A stretch of 64,000 nt of DNA from an uncultured bacterium (GCA_963827235.1 CAWHAE010000010.1:32001-96000); one strand, 5' to 3'. Shown: positions 20,432 to 31,131, counted from the stretch's first letter. Translations and numbers: made by a program. The notes: a model not told the origin generated them from the letters alone.

Positions 20432-21709
20432 TCACGCCGCGGACACGCGCGTAAACACGCAGACAACGCCTCTGGCGCGGTCCTTGAAGCCGGCACCAAC
20501 CAGGACCGCGCCGCCGCTTTCGGCCACAGAGCCGCCAAACCAGTCGCCGGAGCCGCCGTCACCCGCGGTAAGCCTGGCCTGCTGGGCCCAGCGGCCGGCT
20601 GCGCGGGTGAAGACGTACACGGCGCCTGCCTGGTCGTCGGCGTACCACGCTCCGACCAGCGCGGTATTACCGCTCAGGGCCACCGCGTGACCGAACCGGT
20701 CGCGGCAGGCGCCGTCTGCGGCCCTCAGCCTAGCCTGCTGCGTCCACTCCTGCTCAGTGCGCACGAAGATGTAGGCTGCTCCTCGCTGGCAGTCGGCGTC
20801 TCCCGCGCCGACCAGCGCAGTGCTATCGGTAAGCGCGACGGCCATGCCGAAAACATCGCCCGGCATGCCATCGCTCGCGCTGAGCCGAGCCTGCTGCTTC
20901 CAGGTGACGCCTTGCCGCGTGAAAATGAAAGCACTTCCGGTGTTGGCAACCACCCCGGCGGCGCCGACCAGTGCCATGTCGGCGTGCAAGGCGACGGAGG
21001 TGCCGAAGTAGTCCTCCGGCTCGCCCTTGTCCGCGGTGAGCATGGCCTGCTGACTCCAGCGGCCGGCAGTCCGCGTGAAGACGTAGGCTGCACCGGCGTG
21101 GTCATGTGCGTACCAGGCGCCCACCAGCGCGCTGTCCCCATACAGCGCCACGGCACGGCCGAACCAGTCACCGGGAGCACCGTCGCGGGACGATAGCCTG
21201 GCCTGCTCCGTCCACTGCCGTCCGTGCCGCACGAAGATGTACGCTTCCCCGGTGTGGCCGGCCATCGGTGCACCGATCAAGGCAGTATCGCCGCTGAGCG
21301 CCACCGAAACGCCGAACCAGTGATCGGGATTGCCGCTATCGGCCGCAAGCGTGGCCTGTTGAGTCCAGCCACTCGTCGTGCGCACGAAGACGTAGGCGGC
21401 GCCCGCGCCGTGGTGGGCGTTCCAGGCGCCGACCACGGCCGTGTCCCCGCTCAGGGCGACCGGCCCGCCGAAGTGGTCGCCGGCCTGCCCGTCGCCGGCG
21501 GAGAGCTGTGTCTCCTCCTGCCAGCGGGACGAAGTGCCGGCCGACCCGCCACTCCGTAGCTGGGGTCGGCCGGCCTGCAGCGTGGTGAGACGGGGTCGTG
21601 CACCCTGATGGCCGGGTGCTGCCGAACCGGCGAGACAGCGCGGCGGGGCCACGCTGACGGCGAGCAGGGCGGACAGCAGGAGAGTGCAGAGCGTGCGGCG
21701 CGGGGTCAT
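20432..21709 (-). CDS. Secreted FG-GAP (integrin-alpha-like) beta-propeller protein
   Basis: Signal peptide; seven repeats of D.FG..VALSGD.ALVGA......GAAYVF.R....W.QQA.L. Confidence 0.85.
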   Translation of the reverse strand: MTPRRTLCTLLLSALLAVSVAPPRCLAGSAAPGHQGARPRLTTLQAGRPQLRSGGSAGTSSRWQEETQLSAGDGQAGDHFGGPVALSGDTAVVGAWNAHHGAGAAYVFVRTTSGWTQQATLAADSGNPDHWFGVSVALSGDTALIGAPMAGHTGEAYIFVRHGRQWTEQARLSSRDGAPGDWFGRAVALYGDSALVGAWYAHDHAGAAYVFTRTAGRWSQQAMLTADKGEPEDYFGTSVALHADMALVGAAGVVANTGSAFIFTRQGVTWKQQARLSASDGMPGDVFGMAVALTDSTALVGAGDADCQRGAAYIFVRTEQEWTQQARLRAADGACRDRFGHAVALSGNTALVGAWYADDQAGAVYVFTRAAGRWAQQARLTAGDGGSGDWFGGSVAESGGAVLVGAGFKDRARGVVCVFTRVSAA

Positions 21710-22003
21710 GAGCGTGCTCCTTTCAGGTCGATGGCCACTGCCCGAGGTCGGACCACCGTGGCCGGTGCGGTCCATGCGCGGTGCCCGCATCGCTCGCGGC
21801 TGATCCCTCCTGCCGGCGAGCCCGGGCACTGCTCACCGCCACTCTGCGCCTGGAGTGCTGCCGGCACCACACAGGCCGGCACAGGAAGGTCACAGGTGGG
21901 CCCACATCGTGCTCCCTGTGACCGCCGGCCTCGGCTCCAGCACGGCCAGACCACAGTGCGCGGTCGAGATCGGGCGGCGCGCTGCGGAGGGGGCGGTGCG
22001 CCG

Positions 22004-22032
22004 TTGCGCCGGGCGGGCAGGTGGACTATGCT
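22004..22032 (+). promoter_or_regulatory. Sigma70-type promoter TTGCGC-N17-TATGCT
   Basis: Exact 17-bp spacing; same boxes conserved at 42417-42445. Confidence 0.6.
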
Positions 22033-22135
22033 CAGAGAGAACGAGAACCCGGCGCCGTGCCCGCCGTTCCTGCGGAGGATGGTTGTGCGCTCAGCGCGTG
22101 GGCCGCGCTGCCGGGCCCGTCCGCGTGGAGGCGCT

Positions 22136-25100
22136 GTGCAGCGCAGGGATCCCGGTCCCGCCTTCGGGGTGCTGCTGCGACGCTACCGGGAGGCTGCCGG
22201 CCTGACCCAAGAGGGGCTGGCCGAGCGGGCAGGGGTGAGCGCGCGTGCCGTCAGCGACCTGGAGCGCGGGGTCAACCGCGCCCCGCGCGCGGACACGCTG
22301 GGACTGCTGGCCAAGGCGCTCCAGCTGCCGCCGGAGGACCGCACCCGGCTGGAAGCCGCTGGGCGCCGCGTGGACGAGTCCGAGATCACCCCCAGCGTGT
22401 TCGACGCGCCGGCGACAATGTCCTCCAAGGACGTTGGGGTGCGGCTGCCGATCGAAGACCGGACCCCCTCCGTCGTCCTGTCGTACACGGCAGAGGACGG
22501 CGAGTTCGCGGCGCGCTTGCTGAACGACCTGGCCGCGCGCGGCATCGCCGGGTGGCCGGAGCGCACGGAATTGCGGCGCGGGGCCGGCGGGCCGGAGGGT
22601 TTGCGGACCGCGATGCGCGCCTGCCGCGCGGTAGCGCTGGTGGTCTCGCCCGCGGCGCGTGCGTCGCGCCTGGTCACCATGGAGCTGGGCCTGGCCGAAA
22701 TGTACGGCCGTGCCATCGTGCCCGTCTGGGCGGCGGGGGATCGGTGGCTCGAGTGCGCGCCGGCGGAGCTGGCGGGCGTGCCCTGCGTGGACGCGCGCGG
22801 GGCGCGCTATCCCGAGGCCGTCGCCGCCCTCGTGGCCGCGCTCGGCGCGATCTCTCCCGGCTGGCCACTGGAGCACTCCGTGCCCGCACCTGCCGCGCCG
22901 GCTGCGCCGCGCAACCCGTACAAGGGCCTGCGCGCCTTCGTCGAGGAGGACGCGGGGGACTTCTTCGGGAGGACCGCCTTTGTGCAGACTCTGCTGGAGA
23001 TTGTAGCTGCCACCCTAGCAGGCGGGCCGCCCGCACCGGCCCGCCTGCTGGCGGTAGTAGGGCCGAGCGGCTCGGGCAAGTCCAGCCTGGTACGCGCCGG
23101 ACTCCTCACCCGCCTCAAGGCCGGCGCCGTGCCGGGCAGCGAGGGCTGGGTCTACCTCGATCCGGTGCTCCCCGGTGCGCATCCCCTGGAGGCGCTGGCC
23201 GTGAGCTTGGCGGGCAGGCTGGACCGCAGCATACACACCCTGCGCGAGGACTTGAGCGGCGATGACGCCCGTGGGCTGCACCTGTGGGCCCGGCAGCTGG
23301 CGGCGCGTCTCGAGCAGCGAGTGGTGCTGCTCGTCGACCAGTTCGAAGAGCTGTTCACCCTCACCACGGACGAGCAAGAGCGCCGCCAGTTCATCGACCT
23401 GCTGCTCACGGCGACCACCGAGTCGCGCGGGTCGCTGTTGGTCATGTTGACGCTGCGAGCCGACTTCTACGACCGGCCGCTGGCCTATCCGGCATTCGGC
23501 GCCCTTCTACAGAGCCATGGCCAAGTGGTGCTGCCGATGTCCACTGCCGAACTGCGCGAAGCCATCGAGCGGCCTGCCGGCCTGCCCGACGTACAGCTGA
23601 GCTTTGAGAGCGGACTGGTGGGCGACCTGCTCTACGAGGTGGCAGGGCAGGCGGGCGCGCTGCCCCTGCTGGAGTTCACCCTCGAGCAGCTCGCGGACCG
23701 CCGGCAGGGACGCCTGTTGACCGCAGCCGTCTACCAGGAGATCGGCGGGGTGCGCGGCGCGTTGAGCCGGCAAGCGGAGGCGACGTTCGCTGCGCTGCCC
23801 TCCGACGCGCACCGCGACCTGGCTCGGGCGCTGTTTCTGCGCCTGATCGACCCGGGTGCAACAGAGCAGGACACCACGCGCCGCCGGGCGGCGCTGGAGG
23901 AGATGACCCTCCCCGATTCCCACCAGAGCGCGCTGATGCAGGACGTGGCAGACGCCTTCGTGGCGGCGCGGCTGCTGACCTCCGGCGAGCATGCCGGTGT
24001 GACTACCCTGGACGTAAGCCACGAGGCCCTGATCAGCGCCTGGAGCCGCCTCGCGGGCTGGCTGCGCGAGGCGCGCGAGGACGTGCGGCTCCAGCAGACG
24101 ATCAGCGCGGACGCCGCGGCATGGGCGCGGCGCGGTCGGCAGGCCGACCACCTGTATCGGGGGAGTGTCCTGGAGGAGGCGCAGGCGTGGGCGGCGCGGA
24201 ACGTTCCGAGCGCCTGGGAGGTGGCCTTCCTGGAAGCGGGCGTCGCCGAGGCGCAGCGGCAGGAGGCGGCTCAGCGCGAGGCGCAGGCGCGCGAGCTTGG
24301 GCTCGCGCAAGCGGCGGTAAGCGCTAACCGGCGCGCGGCCGGGCGGTTGCGGGCGCTGGCCGTGGTGCTGGCGTTGTTCCTGGTGGTGGCGGCGGGCTTG
24401 AGCGTGGCCGCGCTCAACAATGCCTCTGACGCCTCACGGGCCCGGACCCGTGCTGCGGCCAATGCCTCTGCCGCGCTGAGCGCGCTCTCTCGCGTGTTGG
24501 CCTTGCAGGCCGGCACACTCCTCAACAGCCAGTTGCAGGTCGCGTTGCTCCTGAGTGTGGAAGCCGACCGGCTGAACAGCTCGCCACAGACTCGTGCCAG
24601 CTTGGTTCGCGCGGTCAACTCCAACCCGCGGCTGCTCGCCTTTCTGGCCACGCTGGCCAGTCCCGTGGAGAGCGTGGCCTTCAGTCCGAACGGAGCGATC
24701 CTGGCATCCGGCAGCGGCGACGGCACCGTGCGCCTGTGGGATGTGGCACACCGAGGGGCTCTCGGCCCGCCCCTCGCCGGCCACTCTGATGCCGTGAACA
24801 GCGTGGTCTTCAGCCCCGACGGCAAGACACTGGCCTCGGCCAGCAACGACGGCACAGTACGGCTGTGGGACGTGGTTCGCCGCCAGCCCCTTGGTCCCTC
24901 CCTGACCGGGCAGCCGGGTTTCCTGAACAGCGTGGCCTTCAGCCCCGACGGCCGTATTCTGGCGTGCGGCGGCAGCGCCGGCACGATCCAGCTGTGGGAC
25001 GTGACAGGCCACCGGCCGCTCGGTGCGCCGCTGGGCGGGCAGGCTGGGTTCGTCTATGGCCTGGCCTTCAGCCCGGATGGCAGGCTGCTGGCCGCAGGCA

Positions 25101-26575
25101 GCGGCGACGGCACAATCCGGCTGTGGGACGTGGCCCGCCGCCGGACAATCGGGCCAGCGCTCAGTGGACACAGCGGTGAGGTGCATAGCCTGACCTTCAG
25201 TCCCGATGGCCGGACGCTCGCCGCCGGCGGGGGCACGGGCACCATCGTGCTGTGGGACGTGGCGAGCGGGCGCGTGTCCGGGGCGTCACTGACCGGGCAC
25301 ACCGGTCCGGTGTACAGTGTGGCCTTCAGCTCAGACGGCACGACACTGGCGTCTGGAGGCGAGGACGGCACCATCCGGCTCTGGGACGTGGCGACCCGGC
25401 TGCCCGTCGGTTCGCCGTACCCGGGACATGGCGGCCCGGTGTATGGGGTAGCCTTCAGCCCAGACGGCACGACGCTGGCGTCGGGAGGCGAGGACGGCAC
25501 AATTCGCCTCTGGGACGCGGCGGCCAGCCCGGCCAGCCCGGCCAGCCCGGCCAGCCGGGTGCTCGCCGGGCACAGTGACCAAGTGAATAGCGTGGCCTTC
25601 AGCCCGGACGGACGGATCCTGGCCTCCAGTAGCAACGACGCGACCATCCGGCTCTGGAACGTGTCGACCGGCCGGCTGCTCGGCCCGCCGCTTGCCGCGC
25701 ACGCCGGCCCTGTGCTGGACGAGGCGTTCAGCCCGGACGGGCGCACCCTGGTCTCGCACAGTTACGACGGTGAGACCGCCGTATCGACCATCCGCTTCTG
25801 GAGCGTGCCCACCGGCCGCCCGCTCGGGACGCCCAACATCGCGCATACCGGCACAGTGGACAGTGAGGCTCTCAGTGCCGACGGCAAGATCGTGGCCTTG
25901 GGCGGTGAGGACGGCACAATCTGGCTGTGGGATGTCGCGCGCCGGCGGCCGCCCCGCCCGTGGCTCACCACGGGGGGCGCTGTCGGCCTGCTAGCCTTCA
26001 GCCGCGACGGCACCGTCCTGGCCTCCGGCGGGGCGGACAATACCATCCGCCTGTGGAGCACGGCCAGCGGCCGGGCGCTCGGTCCTTCCATCATCGGGCC
26101 AGCGCTGTGGGCCATGGCCTTCAGCCCCGACGGCACGATCCTGGCCGCGGGGGGCACCGGCACCGTCTTCCTGTGGGACGTGGCGAGCGGACGGGCGCTG
26201 GTTTCGCCGCACACGTGGTATACCGCATGTGGCTATTGCGACACGAGCAGTGTGGCCTTCAGCCCCGGTAGCACCACATTGGCTGCCGGCGACGCCGAGG
26301 GCACCGTCTCGCTCTGGGACGTGGCGAGCGGGCAGGCGCTCGGCCCGGCTCTCGCCGGGCAAGAAAGCGATATCGCAAGCCTTGCTTTCAGCCCCGATGG
26401 GGGGCTGCTGGCCTCCGGCAGCTACGACGCTACGGTCCGCCTGTGGCCCATGCCGACGCGGCAGTCGCCTGTGCAGCGTGCCTGCGCGATCGCCAATCGC
26501 AACCTGACGCCCCAGGAATGGCGGCAGTACCTCAGCGATCTGCCCTACCACAAGACGTGCGGGGACGTTCCTTGA
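22136..26575 (+). CDS. XRE-HTH - TIR - nSTAND1 NTPase - TM - 14xWD40 protein (sensor B)
   Basis: GTG after ggagg; same domain motifs as sensor A; TIR 'SRLVTMEL'; C-terminal C.IA.RNLT..EW..YL..LPY.KTC. Confidence 0.9.
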   Translation: MQRRDPGPAFGVLLRRYREAAGLTQEGLAERAGVSARAVSDLERGVNRAPRADTLGLLAKALQLPPEDRTRLEAAGRRVDESEITPSVFDAPATMSSKDVGVRLPIEDRTPSVVLSYTAEDGEFAARLLNDLAARGIAGWPERTELRRGAGGPEGLRTAMRACRAVALVVSPAARASRLVTMELGLAEMYGRAIVPVWAAGDRWLECAPAELAGVPCVDARGARYPEAVAALVAALGAISPGWPLEHSVPAPAAPAAPRNPYKGLRAFVEEDAGDFFGRTAFVQTLLEIVAATLAGGPPAPARLLAVVGPSGSGKSSLVRAGLLTRLKAGAVPGSEGWVYLDPVLPGAHPLEALAVSLAGRLDRSIHTLREDLSGDDARGLHLWARQLAARLEQRVVLLVDQFEELFTLTTDEQERRQFIDLLLTATTESRGSLLVMLTLRADFYDRPLAYPAFGALLQSHGQVVLPMSTAELREAIERPAGLPDVQLSFESGLVGDLLYEVAGQAGALPLLEFTLEQLADRRQGRLLTAAVYQEIGGVRGALSRQAEATFAALPSDAHRDLARALFLRLIDPGATEQDTTRRRAALEEMTLPDSHQSALMQDVADAFVAARLLTSGEHAGVTTLDVSHEALISAWSRLAGWLREAREDVRLQQTISADAAAWARRGRQADHLYRGSVLEEAQAWAARNVPSAWEVAFLEAGVAEAQRQEAAQREAQARELGLAQAAVSANRRAAGRLRALAVVLALFLVVAAGLSVAALNNASDASRARTRAAANASAALSALSRVLALQAGTLLNSQLQVALLLSVEADRLNSSPQTRASLVRAVNSNPRLLAFLATLASPVESVAFSPNGAILASGSGDGTVRLWDVAHRGALGPPLAGHSDAVNSVVFSPDGKTLASASNDGTVRLWDVVRRQPLGPSLTGQPGFLNSVAFSPDGRILACGGSAGTIQLWDVTGHRPLGAPLGGQAGFVYGLAFSPDGRLLAAGSGDGTIRLWDVARRRTIGPALSGHSGEVHSLTFSPDGRTLAAGGGTGTIVLWDVASGRVSGASLTGHTGPVYSVAFSSDGTTLASGGEDGTIRLWDVATRLPVGSPYPGHGGPVYGVAFSPDGTTLASGGEDGTIRLWDAAASPASPASPASRVLAGHSDQVNSVAFSPDGRILASSSNDATIRLWNVSTGRLLGPPLAAHAGPVLDEAFSPDGRTLVSHSYDGETAVSTIRFWSVPTGRPLGTPNIAHTGTVDSEALSADGKIVALGGEDGTIWLWDVARRRPPRPWLTTGGAVGLLAFSRDGTVLASGGADNTIRLWSTASGRALGPSIIGPALWAMAFSPDGTILAAGGTGTVFLWDVASGRALVSPHTWYTACGYCDTSSVAFSPGSTTLAAGDAEGTVSLWDVASGQALGPALAGQESDIASLAFSPDGGLLASGSYDATVRLWPMPTRQSPVQRACAIANRNLTPQEWRQYLSDLPYHKTCGDVP
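25521..25556 (+). repeat. 9-bp microsatellite (cggccagcc)x4 in the inter-propeller linker
   Basis: Encodes ASPASPASPAS between WD repeats 7 and 8. Confidence 0.85.
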
Positions 26576-26788
26576 AGCCCGTTGAGACGGTATGCTCTGC
26601 CACGTAGCAGGCGCGTCCCGAGAGGGCGGAGATATTGCAGCAGCGGGCTGGGGCGAGACGCTGATCCGCGGTGTCCACGCCAAGAAGGGTGGCACGCCGG
26701 CACTGGGCGCATGTGTCACGCACACCATTCACGGCTGCGAAGAGTCTACGTGGGACTCTGCGCACCCTGCACGCACTCGGGCTACACC

Positions 26789-27373
26789 TCAGTACTGCAC
26801 GAGGACTTCCTCGGCATGGACGCCGGCGGTGCTGGGGCCGAGGTCCAGCATGTCGTCACGGTAGTACCCCGGCCAGGCCGGAATTGGCCACATCTCCGGA
26901 TACGCCATGCCCCCCGCTACCATCGGGTTGTGTACGTCGCGCACCACCCTCGAGCCATCGAACGTCACCCACTCGTCGGAAACATAGAAGTTCCACGCAC
27001 AAGGGCTAAAGTAGCCCTTGCCATGTGCCGCCAGGTGGCAGAGACCCGTGAAAGCCGTGCTCCCCCACAGCTTGGCGTCGCATTGCGGGCTGACGTCACT
27101 GCCGCTGCCTGCGAGCGTCGCCTCATACGAGAATGTGGCGCTGCCCGCGGCAGTACTCACGATATCCACCGTGACGGCCAGCGTGACGGCGCCCGGCGCA
27201 TGGTCGGCCAGGGCGCAGACTTCACCGGGACCGTGGCCGGGCTCGCAGCTCCAAAACAGCTGAGCCAGCCAGTGACCGGCCAGCGACGGGGTACCGGCCG
27301 CCGCCGCGGTGTGTACCGGTAGGCAGGCCAGCACCAACAAGAGGCTTGCGAACAGCTGATGTGTGACGCGCAT
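26789..27373 (-). CDS. Secreted Cys-containing hypothetical protein
   Basis: RBS aaggag; signal peptide ending in an Ala-rich cleavage region; several Cys. Confidence 0.7.
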   Translation of the reverse strand: MRVTHQLFASLLLVLACLPVHTAAAAGTPSLAGHWLAQLFWSCEPGHGPGEVCALADHAPGAVTLAVTVDIVSTAAGSATFSYEATLAGSGSDVSPQCDAKLWGSTAFTGLCHLAAHGKGYFSPCAWNFYVSDEWVTFDGSRVVRDVHNPMVAGGMAYPEMWPIPAWPGYYRDDMLDLGPSTAGVHAEEVLVQY

Positions 27374-27741
27374 CGTCTATGCTCCTTTCGGCCCTTCCCT
27401 CGTGTCACACGGCGTGTCGTGCGGCGCCGCTGGCTGCCCCAGTCCGTCGGCGGGCTGGCTGTCTCCACGAGCCTCCAGTCCTCAGCCGACCGATCGTCCC
27501 GATTTCATCGATACGGGCAGCGTAGGCCGTCCAGGAGCCGCCGGCCACGCAGACCGGAAGCGGTACCCGCAGGTCTGTGCCAACCGGCGAAACCTGTGCC
27601 TAACGCTTCGCCATCCAGGCTCGCCGCCCACGCAGCGCTCATGCTCGGCGCAGTGCTATGATCACGACGAGCGCCCTCGCGTGGCGGAAGCGCAGATGCA
27701 CACGGCGAGCTTGACACCCACGACGGGGACCGCGCACAGAC

Positions 27742-30700
27742 GTGGAGACCACCCAATCCTTCGGTGAGCAGCTGCGGGAGGGGCGGCTGGCGGCAGGGCT
27801 GACGCAGGAAGCCCTGGCCGAGCGGGCCGGGGTGAGTGCGCGCGGCATCCAGGCCCTGGAAGGGAGCGAGAGCAAGCCGCAACGGGAGACGGCCAGGCGG
27901 CTGGCTGCGGCGTTGGGCCTGCCCGCGTCTGCGCACCCGGCGTTTCTGGCCGCCGCGGGACCGGCACCGCGTCGCCGGACGGTCGCTGCGCCCGAGGCGC
28001 CCGCCGCGCCTCTGCCACCCACGGTCGGGCCACCCGACCTCGGCAGCCGGCCACCCCTGGTCGGGCGCCAGCGGGAGGTGGCGGCGCTGGAGGCGCACTT
28101 GGCCGGCAAGGGACCGCCCCTGCTGCTGTTCGCCGGCGAGCCGGGTATCGGCAAGACTCGCCTGCTGCAGGAGGCAGCACCCCGGGCCATCCCGCGGGGC
28201 TGGGCGGTGCTGGCAGGCGGGTGCAGCCGTGGCACGGGCGAGCCCTTTGCGCCGCTGCTGCAGGCCCTGGAGCGGCATGTGGCGAGCCGGGCGGTGGCGG
28301 CCTTGCGCGCGGAGCTGGCGGGCTGCGCCTGGCTGGTCCGCCTGCTCCCCGACCTGCCTGCCGATGCCATCGAGCCGCTGCCGCACTGGGTGCTGCAGCC
28401 CGAGCAGGAGCGACACCTGCTGTTCAAGTCGGTCAGCCGCTTCCTGACCAACCTGGCGGGAGCGGCCGGAACGCTGCTGCTGCTGGACGACCTGCAGTGG
28501 GCGGGCGCCGATGCCTGCGACCTGCTCGCCAGTCTGCTCCGCCAGCCGCAAGATGTGCCGTTGCGCTTGGTGGGCGCCTACCGAGATACGGACGTCGGGC
28601 CCGCGCACCCGCTCGTGCTAGCCCTGGCCGAGCTGGGCGAAGCGCAACTGGCAACCGAGCACACGCTGGGTCCCCTGGCGCCAGCCGAGGCCCAGGCGCT
28701 CTTCCTGCAGGCCCTGGGCGAGCCTGGACAGGACAGCGAGGCTCTGGCGGCGCAGGTTGCGTCGCGCGCCGCCGGCGTCCCCTTCTACCTGGTGAGCTAT
28801 GCGCGGAGCGTGCAGAGCCGGCAGACCGAGGGGCCGACTGCACCGGGCGTGCCCTGGGACCTGCGGCAGAGCATCCGGCGCCGGGTGCAGGCCCTGCCGG
28901 AGGCCACACGGACGCTGCTGGGCACGGCGGCGGTGCTGGGCCGTGTGGTGCCCCGCACGCGGCTGCTCGCGGTGATGGGACTGCCCGAGGGTGAAGTCCT
29001 CGATGCCGTGCAGCACGCCTGCCGCGCCGGGCTGCTGGAGGAGACGGCGGACGACGCCTATGCCTTCGTGCACGACCTGATCCGCGAGGTGGTGGAAGCG
29101 GACCTGGCGCTGGGGCGCCGCCGCCTGCTGCACCAGCAGGTGGCCGAAGCCCTGGAACGCGCACCCGGCAAGCCGCCCGTGGAGGCGCTGGCCTACCACT
29201 TCCGGGAGGCGGGCGATGCGGCGCGGGCGGCGATCTACCTGGAGCAGGCCGGCGATCAGGCGGCGGCCCGGTTCGCTGACACGGCGGCGGCGGAGCGCTA
29301 CCGGCATCTGGTGGCGTGCCTCGAGGGACTGGGCGGCGCCGAGGCCGACCTCCTGCGCGCCCGTGAGAAGCTGGGCATTGTCCTGGCATGGCGCTTGGGG
29401 CAGTTCGGCGCCGCGCTGGCGGTGCTGGACCAGGCCGCGAGCATGCTCCGCCTGGCGGGCGACCAGGCAGGCATGGCCAGAGTGGAAACGCTCATCGCTG
29501 GGATCTACGGAGACAGAGGTCCCTTTCCGGCGGGGATAGCGCGCCTGCAGCCGATCGTGGCCACACTGGAGTCCCGCGGCCCCTCCGGCGAGCTGGCCAA
29601 GGTGTACTTGAGGCTGGCCAACCTCCACGCGTCGAATGGGCAGCCGGACTACGCGTTGGACTATGGCAGCCGCGGGGAGAAGATCGCCCGTGCGCTGAGC
29701 GACCAGGCTCTGCTGCTCTGGGCACTCACGAACCACGCCTACGTCTGCATCATGGCGAGCCGCGCCGATGAAGCGCTCCGGGCGGCCCAGGAGGCCGCAG
29801 CTTTGGCGGGACCGGAGGACGATGAGCCATGGGGCATACTGGCCTGGACCCTCGAGGAGCGCGGCGAGACCCGAGGACTCATGGGGGCCCTACGGGGGCC
29901 CTACCACCAACTGGCCTGGATCCATGAGGAGCGGGGCGAGTACGAGCAGGGCAGGCAGGCCGCCGAGCACATGCTCGCGATCGCGGAGGGGGCACGGGAT
30001 CCGGCCGGCATCATCACCGCCATGAGCCGGCTGGGGCTAGACGCTTTCCTGAGCGGTGATTGGGTCGCCGGCCGTGCCTACCTGGAGCGCGGCCTGGCCC
30101 TCGCGGACGAGATGGGCTTCAGGGACGGATTTAACTACACTGGCCCGCGCGTCGACCTGGGGCGACTCCTGCATGCCGCGGGCGCCTGGGACGAGGCGGC
30201 GCAGTACTTCGAAGCGGTGCTGGCAGTCTCAGGAGGAACGGGCGAGCGTTTGCACGCGCTCATCGCTCGTGCCCTCCTGGCCGAGCGCGAGGCGGTCGCC
30301 GGCCATCCCGAGGCGGCCTGTGCGCGCCTACTCCCGCTCCGCGACCAGCCGGGTCAGGAGGAGCGTATCGTGACGCAGTACGTGCTGCCCGTGCTGGCCT
30401 GGGCGCAGCTCGAAGCGGGCCAGATCGATCAGGCTGCCGGTACGGTGCGCGAGGCACTTGAGCGGGCGCGGCGCGGCACCTGCCGGCTGGCATGGGCAGA
30501 GGACCTGCGGGTGCAGGCCCTTGTGCTGTTGGCGCAGGGGTGCTGGGACGAGGCAGAGCAGGCGCTGGCGGAGGGTCTGGCCCTGACGCGGAGCATGCCC
30601 TACCCGCACGGCGAGGGACGGCTGCTGGCGGTCTACGGCCGCCTGCACCTGGCCCGCGGCGACGCTGCGGCCGCGCCGAGCCTGCCTGGAGGACGCGCTG

Positions 30701-30772
30701 ACTATCTTCCGGCGGCTGGGGGCGCGCGCGGATATTGAGAGTGCCGAGCAGCTGCTGGCCACGCTCGGCTGA
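27742..30772 (+). CDS. XRE-HTH - AAA_16 STAND ATPase - TPR regulator (sensor C), with a +1 frameshift near 30676
   Basis: GEPGIGKTRL, LLLDDLQWA, GVPFYL, FVHDLIRE, LAYH; the shifted frame gives RACLEDALTIFRRLGARADIESAEQLLATLG*, matching the C-terminus of paralog D. Confidence 0.85.
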
Positions 30773-31053
30773 CGAGCAGTAAGACCGACCCCAGTGTCCA
30801 CGCGTTATGGCAGGCCCTGATCGCTACGCGCCAGCGTTTGAGACATCGGCGCAATGATCGCGCCGGGCCTGTGGCTGCGCCGCGTTGCACCTGCAAAGTG
30901 AGCAAGCTGGTCAGTGCATTTCTCTGCAAGAGTCCGGTATGGGCCGCGAACAGTCAAGCCACCTCAGCGTAGGGTGTGTCAGCGAGAACTGAAGAGCACG
31001 CCGCGGGCGCAAGTGTGAGGTGAGCTTGCCGTGGCGCGCTACGGAGAGGGTGC

Positions 31054-31131
31054 TTGCCACTGACTCTGCTTCGGCACGTACCACACCCGCCAACATGTTT
31101 GCCCCGACTGCTCGGGACGGGTCAGCGAGCG
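31054..31131. repeat. 78-bp dispersed element (second copy at 50556-50633)
   Basis: ttgcca.tg.ctctgcttcggc.cgtaccacacc.gccaacatgtttgccccgactgctcgggacgggtcagcgagcg. Confidence 0.85.

Noticed and set aside
21608-22135. N-terminal extension of the 1655-aa ORF
   Set aside because: Overlaps the FG-GAP gene and the promoter; RBS plus GTG at 22136 is conserved with sensor D
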